This document shows positions 51,101-64,000 of a stretch of DNA of 64,000 nt, in pieces. A program made the position numbers and the translations under genes. The notes beneath the pieces are model-generated. The model did no database searches, was not told the DNA's origin, and saw nothing but the letters and a program-made list of their open reading frames with translations. The stretch comes from Camelus ferus (taxonomy: Eukaryota). Each line of letters starts with the position of its first letter. Position 1 is the stretch's first letter. The stretch is from contig NC_045697.1 in NCBI RefSeq assembly GCF_009834535.1, positions 118,360,001-118,424,000 on the forward strand. Direction: 5' to 3'.

Positions 51101-54100
51101 GCTTTAACAGCACATGAGAACTCCAAGTGGCTAGGGGTCCTTTATGACCATTGCATGTGGTGCAAAATAGGTGCTCAGGGTGACAAGGACAGAGGAAGAT
51201 TCACCCAACTCCTGGCTTCTCTTAAAAAAAAGATGAACAGAGCTTTGCACAGTCTTTTAAAACAGAGAAAATAGATTAAATTAAATCCAGCTAAGGTGAC
51301 AGACTGCCCTGATGCTCACTGAATGTACTCTTGGTCCAGTTGGTGTCTCCCTATGGGTCTGAAAGAAGTCCAGGGTGAGACTGGGTCCTTGTCCAAAATG
51401 GACCCTCTGAATAACCATCTGTGAGTCAGGGCACGGGCTGTTGGTCCACACGGCTCCCATCTGCAGGAGGGGCTCTCAGGGAGACGAGGGACCATGTACC
51501 AGGCACCTCGGTTCCGAGAGGGCAGGACACACAGAACGCATGATGGATGTGCAGTCACTGAGCACACTGGTCCACACCTCCTTTGAGGGTGAAGGTAACG
51601 CACTTTCTAAATGGGAAAGTGAGTTCCTGGAGAATCTAGGTGAGGCGTGTGCAGACAAAGGAGCCAGCTCTTCAAAATGTCATGAGAAAAGACTCAGAGA
51701 GTCCCTTGTCCTGAGTAGCAAATTGGAAAATATTAGGAAGAAACAAGAGAAAAGGGATTGGTGTGAGTGAGAGAGACAGTGAGAGAGGGAGGGAAGGAGG
51801 AGGGAGACAAGGCAGCAGTCGCTGCACTGGGCTTGAAACAGGAGTCACCCGGCCTTTGGTTAGACAGGAGAGGCCCCTAAGAAGTCCCCACGTTTGGCTG
51901 GGAAGGGTTAAGTTTGGAGTTGGGGATTAGCAGACACACACTACTGTGTATAAAGTAGCTGAACAACAAGGCCCTACCGTACAGCACAGGGAACTCTATT
52001 CACTACCTTGTTGTAACAAGACAGTTAGAAATGCCTACTTACAGATCTTCAAAAACAGATCTTCACGTTAACAGGTAACATGAGTAAATGTTTCGAGTGA
52101 ATGTGTGGTTTCTATTTCAATAAATTCCACTGTTTTGCACTTGTGTTTTTTTCCTCATCTGTGGACAGAATATCCCCTTGATGGAAGCTAATCTCTGGCT
52201 GGCATGATGAGGGATTACTCACTCTTCAAGCCACTAATTCGCCATGGTTTGCTGCAGCCATAAACTCCCAAATGCTATCTTAACAGCCTGAAATATCAGT
52301 CACTTGGTTTCAGTGTCCTGCACCCACATAGCTGACCTTTAAAAATGTAAATTAATGGCCTAATCATGTCCCTGTAAGATCCATGAAGGTGGAGTACTGT
52401 GTATTGTCAGACTTTATCAGTACAAGTCCGCGTGGGAAAGCAGTAACTGTATCTCTTGCCATCTTCACAACCTGCTCCTAGTTCTGTGGCATCTTAGCAT
52501 TCTCTACCCCGTGAGTTTATTCACCTCTTTTGGGTAACCCTTCCCTGTAATTTCTTTATTTGATGTTCACTAACTTAAATTGGCTGGTCTCGCAGTTCTT
52601 CCTGGTGTGGCAGAGATGGCGAGATATCTCCACACATCCAGGCTTTCCATTTTCCTTATTAAAGAATCCCCATGTTGCAGCTGGGTACTTTGTAGCCAAA
52701 ACTTTGTTTCCCATCTTCCTTGAAGCTAGATGTGGCCATCTGTCTGAGTCGTTGCCACTGAGACCCATGCAGATACATACAGAAAGTGGGATCGTTTCTG
52801 GGATCTCAGCAGGGATGCAGCACTTCCTTTTCCACTTTCTGCTGTCTGAAATACATGTGAAATGGCTGGAGCTCCAGCAGCCATTGTGGACCATGAATTG
52901 ACCTGGAGAATGGAAACCTCATATACAACCAGCTGGGTTTCTGGTGTTCTGGACTCCCACAGCCACCCTGGATTGCCAACCTTACAGACTTTTTTTAGCC
53001 TCCATCACTTAAGTCTTGGTAATTGCCACCAAACCTAACCATGTTCAGATTAAATAGATCACTTTGATAAAATATTTTTACCTTGAAAATGAAACTTCTT
53101 AACCCAACAATTCCTCTTTTGGTAGTGACCAAGAAGACGAAATGGCAAAAGTGCTCCTTACCTCAGGCCCCCTGATAGTGATAGTGGATGCAGTGAGCTG
53201 GCAGGATTACCTGGGCGGCATCATACAGCATCACTGCTCCAGCGGGGAGGCGAATCACGCCGTTCTCGTGACTGGCTTTGACCGAACAGGTGAGTGCTAA
53301 CAAGACTTGATGGCTGCTTTCCAGCTTGACCTGCAGTTTGACAAGTGGTTGCTATCCTTTAAAATGCTGAAATTGGTCCTATATAGATATAACCTATAAC
53401 TTAGGTTATAGCTAAGTCCTCATAACCTTACAGTTTTTCTTTTTTCTGGTTTTTTTTTTTTTTTGGTTTCTTTTAAAAAAAATTTTTTATTGAAGTGTAG
53501 TTGATTTACAATGTTAGTTTCAGATGTACAGCAAAGCAATTCAGTTATACATACACATACATATATATTTTCTTTTCAGATTCTTTTCGTTATAGGTTAT
53601 TACAAGAAATTGAATACAGCTCCCTGTGTTGTACAGTAGGTCCTTGTTGTTTATCTATTTTATATACAGTAGTGTATTTTACATATAGTAATGGTTACCA
53701 AGGGGAAAAGGGCAAGGAGGGATAAATTAGGAGTTTGGGATTAGCGGTGCACCTTTTCACTAGACCTGCAGGAAAAAACACCTGTGGGTTCCCCCAATCA
53801 ACTTTGGTGGATGCCTTGTTAAACTGGTCCTAAATTCTTGATGTAAATAATGTGCCTTCTCAATCTGGAGCATTTAGAATAACTGTTGGGAAAATAAAGT
53901 GCATGTTGTATTTATCTAACGATTAATTTTTTTTCCTTTTTCAAATTCCCTGGAAATGTGTGTGTGTGTTTATTTTGTGCAGTAACCATATCAAGGAAAC
54001 AAATTCAAACATATTTTCCATTGATTGGCTTGTGACTCTAAGCACAGCTCGTGTTTACTTAGCTAAATTTGGCATAAGTTACATTCTTTTTTTATCTTTT

Positions 54101-56460
54101 TCTTAGAGTCACTATACTTTTCCAAAACCAAACTTTAAATAAGCATTCTTTTACCACAAATATATTCTCTGGGGTTTGTTACTGTTCTGTGTTTTGTAGG
54201 AAGTCCTCCATATTGGATTGTGCGGAACTCATGGGGAAGTTCGTGGGGAGTTGACGGCTATGCCCACGTTAAAATGGGAGGTAACGTTTGTGGTGAGTCA
54301 TGAATTTACATGGTACACTCCAGGCTGAGTGTCAAGGAAGGGACTTGGAGTATATGAAAATCACAAACCTGTCCAGTCCATCTTGTGTGCCCAGGGTACC
54401 CAAGTCACCTTCACAGTAATAACCTTCATCCTTTAGCCAACTGATAAAACTAAAATCATGTTTTAAAAAAAGACACTACTGCACATATTCCTGTTTTAAA
54501 AGAGGGGAGGGACTGTAGTAAAAAACCAATATAATGAGCAAAGCACTGTAAGATACAGTAATAATTTACCAAAGTGAACTACTTTGAAAACGAGAAAAGT
54601 ACTCGACTTGGGGGGCTGAACTTCTCCAAAAATGTCTCCGAGTTCCAAATTTGCTTTATATAACTATATGATTTTCCATTCTTTTATGTATGATAATACC
54701 TAGTTAGGATCATCAAGAATCACTTTTTCTTTGTATCAAAATGGATGAAAATCTGAACATTCAGATTGTTTCTGGTTTAATATGCCCCTTGTCACCTACA
54801 AACTTCTAGCCAAGCACCCACTGGAATAGAGAGGCTCAAGCCAATAGCAAACATGCTCTTTTATTGAATAACAACATTTTTTTGTTAATTAACAACAAGC
54901 CAAGTTAAAAATAGCTATTTATGTCTTTTCAGCATATTCTAAAATCTGTACTCAAACTGTATTCTAAAACTTTTGATCTAGAAAATAGCATATTTTCCAA
55001 ATCAGGCTGGACTCAAAACTATACTGTGTATGAGAGAAAGCATTTAATTTCTCGTTAGCTCTAACATGTATGCAACTTTTAAAAACTTTACAACACTCCA
55101 GATGGCGATATTTATGATAGAAGAGACTTATGGAAAAATTTGAGAGTTTATGTTTTGATTCAGTCAGGTGAGGACTGCCCAATTGTTCGATAAAGTGGAA
55201 TCCATGCAATTTAATACATGGCCTGTCCCATCACCCCAGTAAAACATGTTCCATAAACTATGTGTTGAAAGGAGTCAACATCCTAGGAATCTTTCAGCCA
55301 GCAACCCAATCAGGCTTTGACTTTTCAGCATCACTGGGGGGTTGACATCATCAGAAAATGCAGATGAATTGATGCTGCCACTCCTTGAACCCCCTGCCAC
55401 TAGCCACAGCTTACCTCAGCACGAAAGGACACAGACCCCAGTAGCAGGGCGGAAGCGATCAGCATCCTTCTCCAAGACAGGACTTCACTGTGATTGACTG
55501 TGTCTCTGAAATCTCTTGGGGCCATGGAAGCCCATCTGCCTTGCGCCACTGTCCATAAAAGTGATGTGGTCACCGTCGAGGACTGAAGCTGTGGTTGGCG
55601 CGGGGTCTGGGTTAAAAGTTGTCTCCCGTGCGCCTGCAGTGCCGGTTCTGGGCTGAGGGCAGCCGCCTTCACAGCCCTGGCGGGAGAGTTGCAAGAATAT
55701 AATTCAGGCTCATTATCGCCTCAGTTAAGTCCACAGCCTCTTCCCCGGCCCCCAGCTACAAAGGGTGAGTTCAGATAATTTCTCCTCTCCACCCATTTCC
55801 CGGTTTCAGTCTCCATCTCCTGCCTGGTTGATTAGTACTTACACAGGAACTCAAATCCTTTCCTTAAGTTAAATCTCTGATGGTGATCACATTACTCTTA
55901 TACACAATGGCCCTGAGAGATTTCAAAGACACAGCTAATCACAGTGAAATCCTGTCTTCAGACTGGATGTTTAATCACTTCCACCGTGATGCTGAGGTCT
56001 GCATTCTTTTGTGCTAAGAAAACGGTAGCAGGCTGGTAATTTATTGAAAGTTTATTAGACTCCAAATCTTAGAATATGAATCTTCAAATTGTATTTAAAA
56101 TAATCCTAAAAATAATTTTACTGCCTCTAAGCAATATATATATATATAGATATAGTGCGATACATTTCAGATACATTCACCTGTTCAGTTAATAAGTTGT
56201 TTGTTTGTTTCTTTGGTAGTTTCTTGAAACAAAAATATGAGGCATCTCTTCTAATACCTGCTTCTGAGGTTGCCGTGTTTACACTGACAGGTGGTTGTAA
56301 CCAGCAGATTACTTTCTTGGTAGATATTAACTCTTTCTGAACCTAAATGAAAGCGGCTTCAATTTGCCGTTTGAAAAGCGGGTGAGGAAGAACAGGGCGG
56401 TACCGACCATTTCTTCTCCTCTTAGGCATTGCGGATTCTGTTTCTGCTGTGTTCGTGTGA
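35982..56460 (+). CDS. CTSO: Cathepsin O, complete spliced CDS: join(35982..36101,45180..45288,45849..45988,48400..48567,50354..50475,53126..53289,54200..54292,56426..56460), 316 aa
   Basis: Eight exons of 120+109+140+168+122+164+93+35 = 951 nt join in frame across GT-AG introns. The product has papain-family motifs [17 protein letters not shown] and WIVRNSWG, plus sequence I recognise as cathepsin O ([31 protein letters not shown]). Confidence 0.97.
36008..36035 (+). repeat. Coding (CTG/TGC)9 trinucleotide repeat
   Basis: Nine uninterrupted TGC codons at 36009-36035. Confidence 0.95.
40966..41012. repeat. (TG)n followed by (CA)n-like microsatellite
   Basis: Directly visible. Confidence 0.85.
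41990..42150 (-). mobile_element. MIR fragment
   Basis: ttattt-aatactcaca...attgccccatttgcaaac...ccaaagatcacacagc resembles the MIR core. Confidence 0.6.
42525..43270 (-). mobile_element. Degenerate antisense L1 ORF2 fragment in CTSO intron 1
   Basis: Minus-strand translation [31 protein letters not shown] matches the L1 ORF2p motif KSPGPDGF. Confidence 0.9.
43882..44247 (+). mobile_element. L1 3' end with probable TSD
   Basis: ORF2-end and 3'UTR motifs with an A tail. acagctta flanks both sides (~43874 and ~44249). Confidence 0.88.
45180..45288 (+). CDS. CTSO: CTSO exon 2 (propeptide)
   Basis: Acceptor ttttttcccccttttag. Encodes [36 protein letters not shown]; donor G|gtgtgg. Not in the ORF track. 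Confidence 0.96.
45849..45988 (+). CDS. CTSO: CTSO exon 3 (propeptide/mature junction, oxyanion Gln)
   Basis: Acceptor atatccag|CC. Encodes [46 protein letters not shown]; donor gtatgt. Confidence 0.97.
46767..46985 (+). mobile_element. L1 3'UTR fragment
   Basis: gggagtttgagatttgcagatactaactactacatataaaatagataa...actgactatacttc followed by an A-rich tail. Confidence 0.88.
48400..48567 (+). CDS. CTSO: CTSO exon 4 (catalytic Cys at 48409-48411)
   Basis: Acceptor ccgcag|TGC. Encodes [56 protein letters not shown]; donor gtgcct. Confidence 0.97.
48706..49150 (+). mobile_element. L1 with antisense ORF2 piece (48706-48935) fused to sense 3'UTR (48938-49150)
   Basis: ttccatgtaaattttagga...tggccattttaacaatattgattcttccatcc is antisense ORF2 and is directly followed by the sense 3'UTR. 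Confidence 0.8.
49155..49295 (+). mobile_element. tRNA-Ala-derived SINE (camelid Vic-1-like)
   Basis: ggggagggtatagctcagtggtagagcgcatggttagcatgcacgaggtccagtgttcaatcc has A and B boxes, followed by an aataaataaacctaattacctccc tail. Confidence 0.85.
50354..50475 (+). CDS. CTSO: CTSO exon 5
   Basis: Acceptor ttcctttag|ATG. Encodes [40 protein letters not shown]; donor AG|gtatgt. Confidence 0.96.
51915..52018 (+). mobile_element. L1 3'UTR fragment
   Basis: ggagttggggattagcagacacacactactgtgtataaa...acagcacagggaactctattc. Confidence 0.8.
52560..53040. mobile_element. MaLR (MLT1-like) LTR
   Basis: gaagctagatgtggccat, gctggagctccagcagccattgtggaccatga and ccctggattgccaacctt are MLT1-type motifs. 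Confidence 0.6.
53126..53289 (+). CDS. CTSO: CTSO exon 6 (catalytic His at 53256-53258)
   Basis: Acceptor ttttggtag|T. Encodes [54 protein letters not shown]; donor G|gtgagt. Confidence 0.97.
53483..53747 (-). mobile_element. L1 3' end with twin-priming-type inversion
   Basis: Minus-sense 3'UTR at 53483-53677 joined to plus-sense atggttacc...ggagtttgggattagc at 53691-53747. Confidence 0.88.
54200..54292 (+). CDS. CTSO: CTSO exon 7 (catalytic Asn at 54226-54228)
   Basis: Acceptor gttttgtag|GA. Encodes [30 protein letters not shown]; donor G|gtgagt. Confidence 0.97.
56426..56460 (+). CDS. CTSO: CTSO exon 8 coding part with stop
   Basis: Acceptor ttcttctcctcttag|GC. Encodes [10 protein letters not shown] then TGA. 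Confidence 0.95.
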
Positions 56461-58200
56461 GTTCGAGAGACGGCTGCCAACCTGGAGGTTCATGGTGAGG
56501 TGTGGCGTTTCATTCTCAGCGTTTTTGGCCTTCTGGGCTTAACAACTACCCACTGAAGGTTCTAGAACCTCGCAGCATTCAAACTGACTTGTAGGGTGTT
56601 CTCTTCTCACGGAGAGAGGGACAGCCCGGGTCGGTAGGGAGAACGCCAGCATCTTGTCCGGGGAGCAAGTCTGTGGGAAGGTTTCCTCCTCGGAGGAAGG
56701 TCAGATTGGGGATATTTTAGGTCTCCTCGCTTTGAAGGGGCTGTTACCTGGTTTCGTTTGACGATTGCTTTGGTTGGCTGTTTGTTTATTTTTAGTGGCA
56801 TACTTGCGGTAGGATTGGAGAGGTGACAAGAACTTCTTTTCCTCATGGAATACAGTCGCCAGCCCCAACCGCCCATGTACATGAGAACAGCCAGCCTTGA
56901 AGGATGTGTGCCTCTCACAGTTGCATGCGCGGCCCTCCGAGGTGAAATCTCTTAAGAATTTTCAAATGCCAGTTGTTTTACCCCAACAGACGGTGCTTAC
57001 CCCTTGGCCTGTGCAGAGATCACGTAGAAAGAAGCAAAAAACAAAGCCACTTTGAAGAGAAGCAGCCAGCCCGACTGAAATTAGATGACCAGTATGGCCG
57101 CCATGAGACAGGAAAGTCTTGCGTAGCTTTGCCTCAGAGACAGAATGCTGTTTGGAACTTTTCCCTGCCAGTAGGAGTCCAATAGATCTTATTTCCTCCT
57201 TTGTTCTCCCTGGATTGAAGAACAGCGTGTCTGCCCGTATTTCTCACTCTTTCTCTTCCTCTTGACTGTGAAACCTCTCAATTTTCCTGGTGGTCTGGCC
57301 CCCCTGGCTAAAGAGGGGCTCATTGTTTACTTTCCATTTCCATTTCATAAGCATTTATTTGGCTCCATCTCTCCAAGCCTTTGTCCACCTCAGGACCTCA
57401 CTCAGTTGTTCCTGCACCACTTGGAGGCACCACCCCTTTCAAAGTTCAATCTCATTAATCTGGGGTGTCAGCCAATATGTGAGTTTCCCAGCCTCTGTTT
57501 TCCCAGTTCTCCCCAGAGTCCCATCTTAAAGGAGCTTTTGATGCTCCCTTTGGCTGTCCCCTGGTCCTGGGTTCCTGATGTCCATCTGTCGCTTCTTTGT
57601 CACCTGTGTGGCTGTGTAGGAACGCAGAGCATGAAAAGCTCTCTTCTGGAATATAGGTGCAAATGGTACCATGTGCACGACTGTAAGAAGGTTGTATCAA
57701 GTAATACACGTACACGTATCTCTCCTCTAAAACTCATGGTTGCGTTCCAATGTAGACCATCTTAGAAGCAAAGTTGTGAAGGTTGCAACAACCGCTGAAA
57801 AAACAATTGAGAACATCCCATTTTTTCTCTCACTGTTGGCCTTTATTTATCAGTCTTCTTATTAGAGAAAGAAAAGCAAAAGCAAACACTGTATTTCTTT
57901 TCTTTACACCAACTGAAAGCAATTTTAAAAGAGCGTGTGTTGACTCAGGTTTGGAGATGTTCCAGAATGACAAATTGATATACAATTTGGTGAATGTTCT
58001 CCTTATCCAAGTATGCCGAAAAGGAACTATGTCTTGGTTGGTCTAGTTTGTGTTAATTTACTGATTTCTGTAAAATATGAACTCTTTTCTGGTAGTCTTT
58101 TACAAGCGATAGATATTTTTAATTACAAGGTGTGTCCTACCTCTCAGCTCTTCTGGATTCTGAAGACATTTATAATAAAACAACCTGCATTTGATGTTGG
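56461..58200 (+). other. CTSO: Probable CTSO 3' UTR (~1.7 kb)
   Basis: Runs from the stop codon to the first AATAAA I found downstream (58174-58179). The end point is approximate. Confidence 0.6.
58174..58179 (+). terminator. Candidate CTSO polyadenylation signal AATAAA
   Basis: tatAATAAAacaacc followed by a GT-rich stretch (tttgatgttgggtt). Confidence 0.6.
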
Positions 58201-60717
58201 GTTAAGAAGCCTCTGTCCACAAGTGTAGGGCTGACATTTCGTGAACACAGTGTTAACGTGCTTTACATTCACACAAGAGTTTTCTCAGCTCCGAATCCAT
58301 ATATTTAATTTTTGGTTTTCTCCATAGACACCTTAACCTTCCCTTCTCCCTTAACTTCCACAAAACAAACAAACAAATAAACAACAACAACAAAAACTCC
58401 TGCACCTCCTGGTGTCTCCATCTAGTCCAACAGTATCAACGTGATGTCATCACTGAATCGGTAAAATTGAGGGAACTCTTCGATACTGTGTCAGGTCAGC
58501 CGTACCTCAGCCACCCCTCAGTCACCTGCCCCCTTTCTGTCTCTCCTGTCCCTTCCTCGGGGCACGTTCCTTCTTCAGTGCCTTTCACCTCCGCTGCTGT
58601 GTATTCTCCCTGCTAAAGGTGCGTCCCTCAGTCCAGAAGGTCTCCAGGCACAGCCCCAAGACCAGGACTGAGAGCACTGAGAGCTCTTTGTTTTGTAAGC
58701 CCTCCAGGTGATTCCGATGGGTGTTACACTCCGTCTGCTAGATGTCCCCTGGACTTGCATTTCTAAAAGACACCATTATCATGGTTATTCCTCTGTTTTA
58801 GACCATTCAGCGGCTCCCATGCCCGAAAGATAACATAGCAACTCTTTTAAAGGAGCTTTCAGGAAGAAGCCCTGCCCTCTTCCCCAGCCTCAATAGCGAT
58901 AGTGTTCGGTGCGGGCATATGCTGTGCTCCAGCCATAGAAGGCGTGTGACGTTCACCCAGCGAGGCTAAGAGGAAAGCAGTGAAATCTTCCCATCATGAT
59001 TGGGAGTAAGAATGAAGATAACCGAGACGTTCATGGGTGTGATTTCACAGGGGTCTCCAAGTGAGTCCTGAGGTAGGCAGCCTTACAGTGGTGCTGTGAG
59101 TCACTTAAGAATTATCTGAAGTCGATTGCCAGGATTAGAAGCAAAATTAAATGTGGGCAAGATTACTAACTGGGATTATAAATTGTTTTGACATTTACAT
59201 TAAGAATCACTGCTACATCATTTGGGGGGATAAAAAAACTCTTGCAACTATATAGTTTAGTTGCACCAAGAAACATAGATAAAAATAGCTAAATCAAATT
59301 ATTTAGTCTTAATTATTAAAAGAATAAGCCTTGAATAATGGCATTTATTCCAAGATCTCAAGGCATCTTGGTGACAGAACATCTATTAACATATTTCTTC
59401 ATTATTTCTGTGTGTGTGTTAGCTTAGTTTATTTTAAAACAAAGGCAAACTATAAAACTATAGTATGAAATAATAGATTATAAATATAGACATATATGTG
59501 TCTGTCTTTCTATCTTTTTTCCAGTTTTATTATGTAGAATTATTACAGTACAACTGCACATACACATTATATTGCATGTAAATACGTATACACAGCACAC
59601 TGCACATTTTTTTAGTTTTCATATATGTACTAATTATTGTTTCTAAGAACAGATTCGATCTTTAGCTTTTTAAACGTACGTTATCAAAGGAATAAAGCCA
59701 ACTACAAAATAAATATCAACAGAATGCAGTAAAAACAAAGATGATGAGGTAAGTATGTTTATTCTCATTATACTGGTAGGAGACTGGGGCTTAAGTTGGT
59801 GGTTTGTACCAAAGCAGAAAATTAATAGATGGTTTGCTCTCAAGTTTGCTGACTTATTTCAAAGTGATTGCCTTTAGCCCCCATGTTACTTGTCCCTGTA
59901 TTTTTCAGCTTAACCCCCATTGCACTCTTTGTACATGTACGTACACACACACACCCTCAAAGCCATGTAGGCAAAAGCAATTATATATCATTTAGAGACG
60001 AATTAGACAATGTGACCCATAAGAAAAACTTGTGATTGAGACCAAAGAATAGCTCGGTTCCACCAAGAACTTGCTGCTTGCCGTAGATAATCACCCCAGA
60101 GCAAGGCTGGTGAACACTCCAGCCTTTTTGATGAGATTTTGTACTCCCCTCATAACAGAAATTTAACTAAGGATTGCCGGACCAAGCTAGAAAGAGAAGA
60201 ATGAAACTCATGTCTGATCTAAACTCTCAGTCTAACTCTCTTTACTACAAATGAACTGGATCATTGTCTAGTCTGTCCACCTCTCCGTTCTTCTGGAAAA
60301 AACATTCCTTGCTCCCTCAATTCTGCTGTGCGTTAGGGTGGCTCTGCCTCCCAGACCCTGAGCCCTGGGGCTGGGACAAGCACTTTCCCTTGTGGGGGTC
60401 CAGAGGTGCTGGGAGCGGGCACCCAGCCTGAGGGAGGAGCCCGTGTACCACAGGGATGAAGAAAGCCAACACCTGCAGAAAAGAAGAGGGGAGACAGAGG
60501 GTCCTCAAAGTTCTAGGAGTGCCATTCTCCAGGAACTGAGTCCATCCCTGTGGGCTCAGAGCTCCCCAGGGGCCTCCCAGTTCTCGGAGCTGGTGGCGTC
60601 ATTGTCCAGTAAATCCCTCCCCCCGCCCCCAGGTTAGTTTCAGATTTCTGTCGTGAGCATCAAGTCCTAACATACACAAGCAATGTTTCCAAAAGATCGT
60701 ATGTCAAAAGACTAATT

Positions 60718-60773
60718 TTTATTATTTAAAACTGTTAATTGAATAAGCCTCTGTACAGGATGCACATTTTATT
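60718..60773 (-). terminator. Two candidate TDO2 poly(A) signals (AATAAA on the minus strand at 60768-60773 and 60718-60723)
   Basis: TTTATT occurs twice on the + strand, ~360 and ~410 nt past the TDO2 stop in an AT-rich 3' UTR. Confidence 0.65.
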
Positions 60774-61132
60774 GCATAAAATATTTGAAATAGCTGAAGT
60801 TTACAAGGTTATAAAGTATGAAACAATGAGATGATAATTACATTAAATGGTTACATTGAAGTGTGTATCCGAGACATTAAGTTTTTAATAGGGAAACACT
60901 CTATGTATAAGTTACAATTTAACTGGGTTAATTTCTTATCTTAATGCTTAGTCTCATATCCTCCCAAACAGGAGGCAATAAAATTATTCCTAGGATTGAA
61001 TCAGAGCACCACAGTGCTCAACTATGTATGTACATATATCACATTAGGACTCTATATTCATGAAAATTCATAGAAAATGAAAAAACCACAGACTGAGAAA
61101 TCGGTGTTCTTCATAGATTTCTGCAGGTGGTT

Positions 61133-63614
<2,482 letters not shown>

Positions 63615-64000
63615 CTGGAGGAGAAATAATCATAATCATCATGATAATAACAATAAGAGACCTGAAAATCCAGTGTGTTAGGAAGATAGTGCATTCTATC
63701 ATCTGTTGGAAGGGAAACAAATGTCCCCTTTGCCTCTGAGGGGCTGCAGCAGCTCCGGCTCACTCCTCAGTCTCCCTTTCCTCCCCTCAAAAACCAAGAG
63801 GATACCACACACCTTACAGCACGTGATTAAGGAATCTAAAACATTCCTTGACTTACAGGAAGCAGCTAGCCAGAGTCATACCTGACTCATTCTCATTAAA
63901 AGGCAGACTTGAACACTATCTCAGAGTTTCTGGTTGATAAGAGCCAAAAACTCCTTCCAGACAAAGATAGTAAAACATAAAAACAAAGACTGCTCCTTAA

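Noticed and set aside
57262..57765. 167-aa ORF in the CTSO 3' UTR
   Set aside because: Starts at TTG rather than ATG and has no recognisable homology or coding bias. Most likely a chance ORF.

Overview
Mammalian genomic DNA, probably from a camelid. That assignment rests on tRNA-Ala-like Vic-1-type SINEs, cetartiodactyl-type L1 3' ends, and no recognisable Alu, BovB/Bov-tA or PRE-1. Bases 1 to ~35.5 kb are repeat-rich intergenic sequence (L1 fragments, solo LTRs, MIRs, MER20, microsatellites). A CpG-island promoter with a 4 x 26-bp GC-box minisatellite precedes the complete cathepsin O gene (CTSO, + strand, 8 coding exons, 35982-56460, 951-nt CDS, 316 aa, intact catalytic Cys/His/Asn). Downstream, the last three coding exons of tryptophan 2,3-dioxygenase (TDO2, - strand, 63614-61133) converge on it. 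I found no convincing undescribed gene system. The most noteworthy observations are the promoter minisatellite, a (TGC)9 poly-Cys tract in the CTSO signal peptide, a strong-context upstream ATG overlapping the CTSO start, patchy extreme GC3 in single exons, and four inverted L1 insertions. Repeat family names and human/mouse comparisons are from memory and need RepeatMasker or alignment confirmation.
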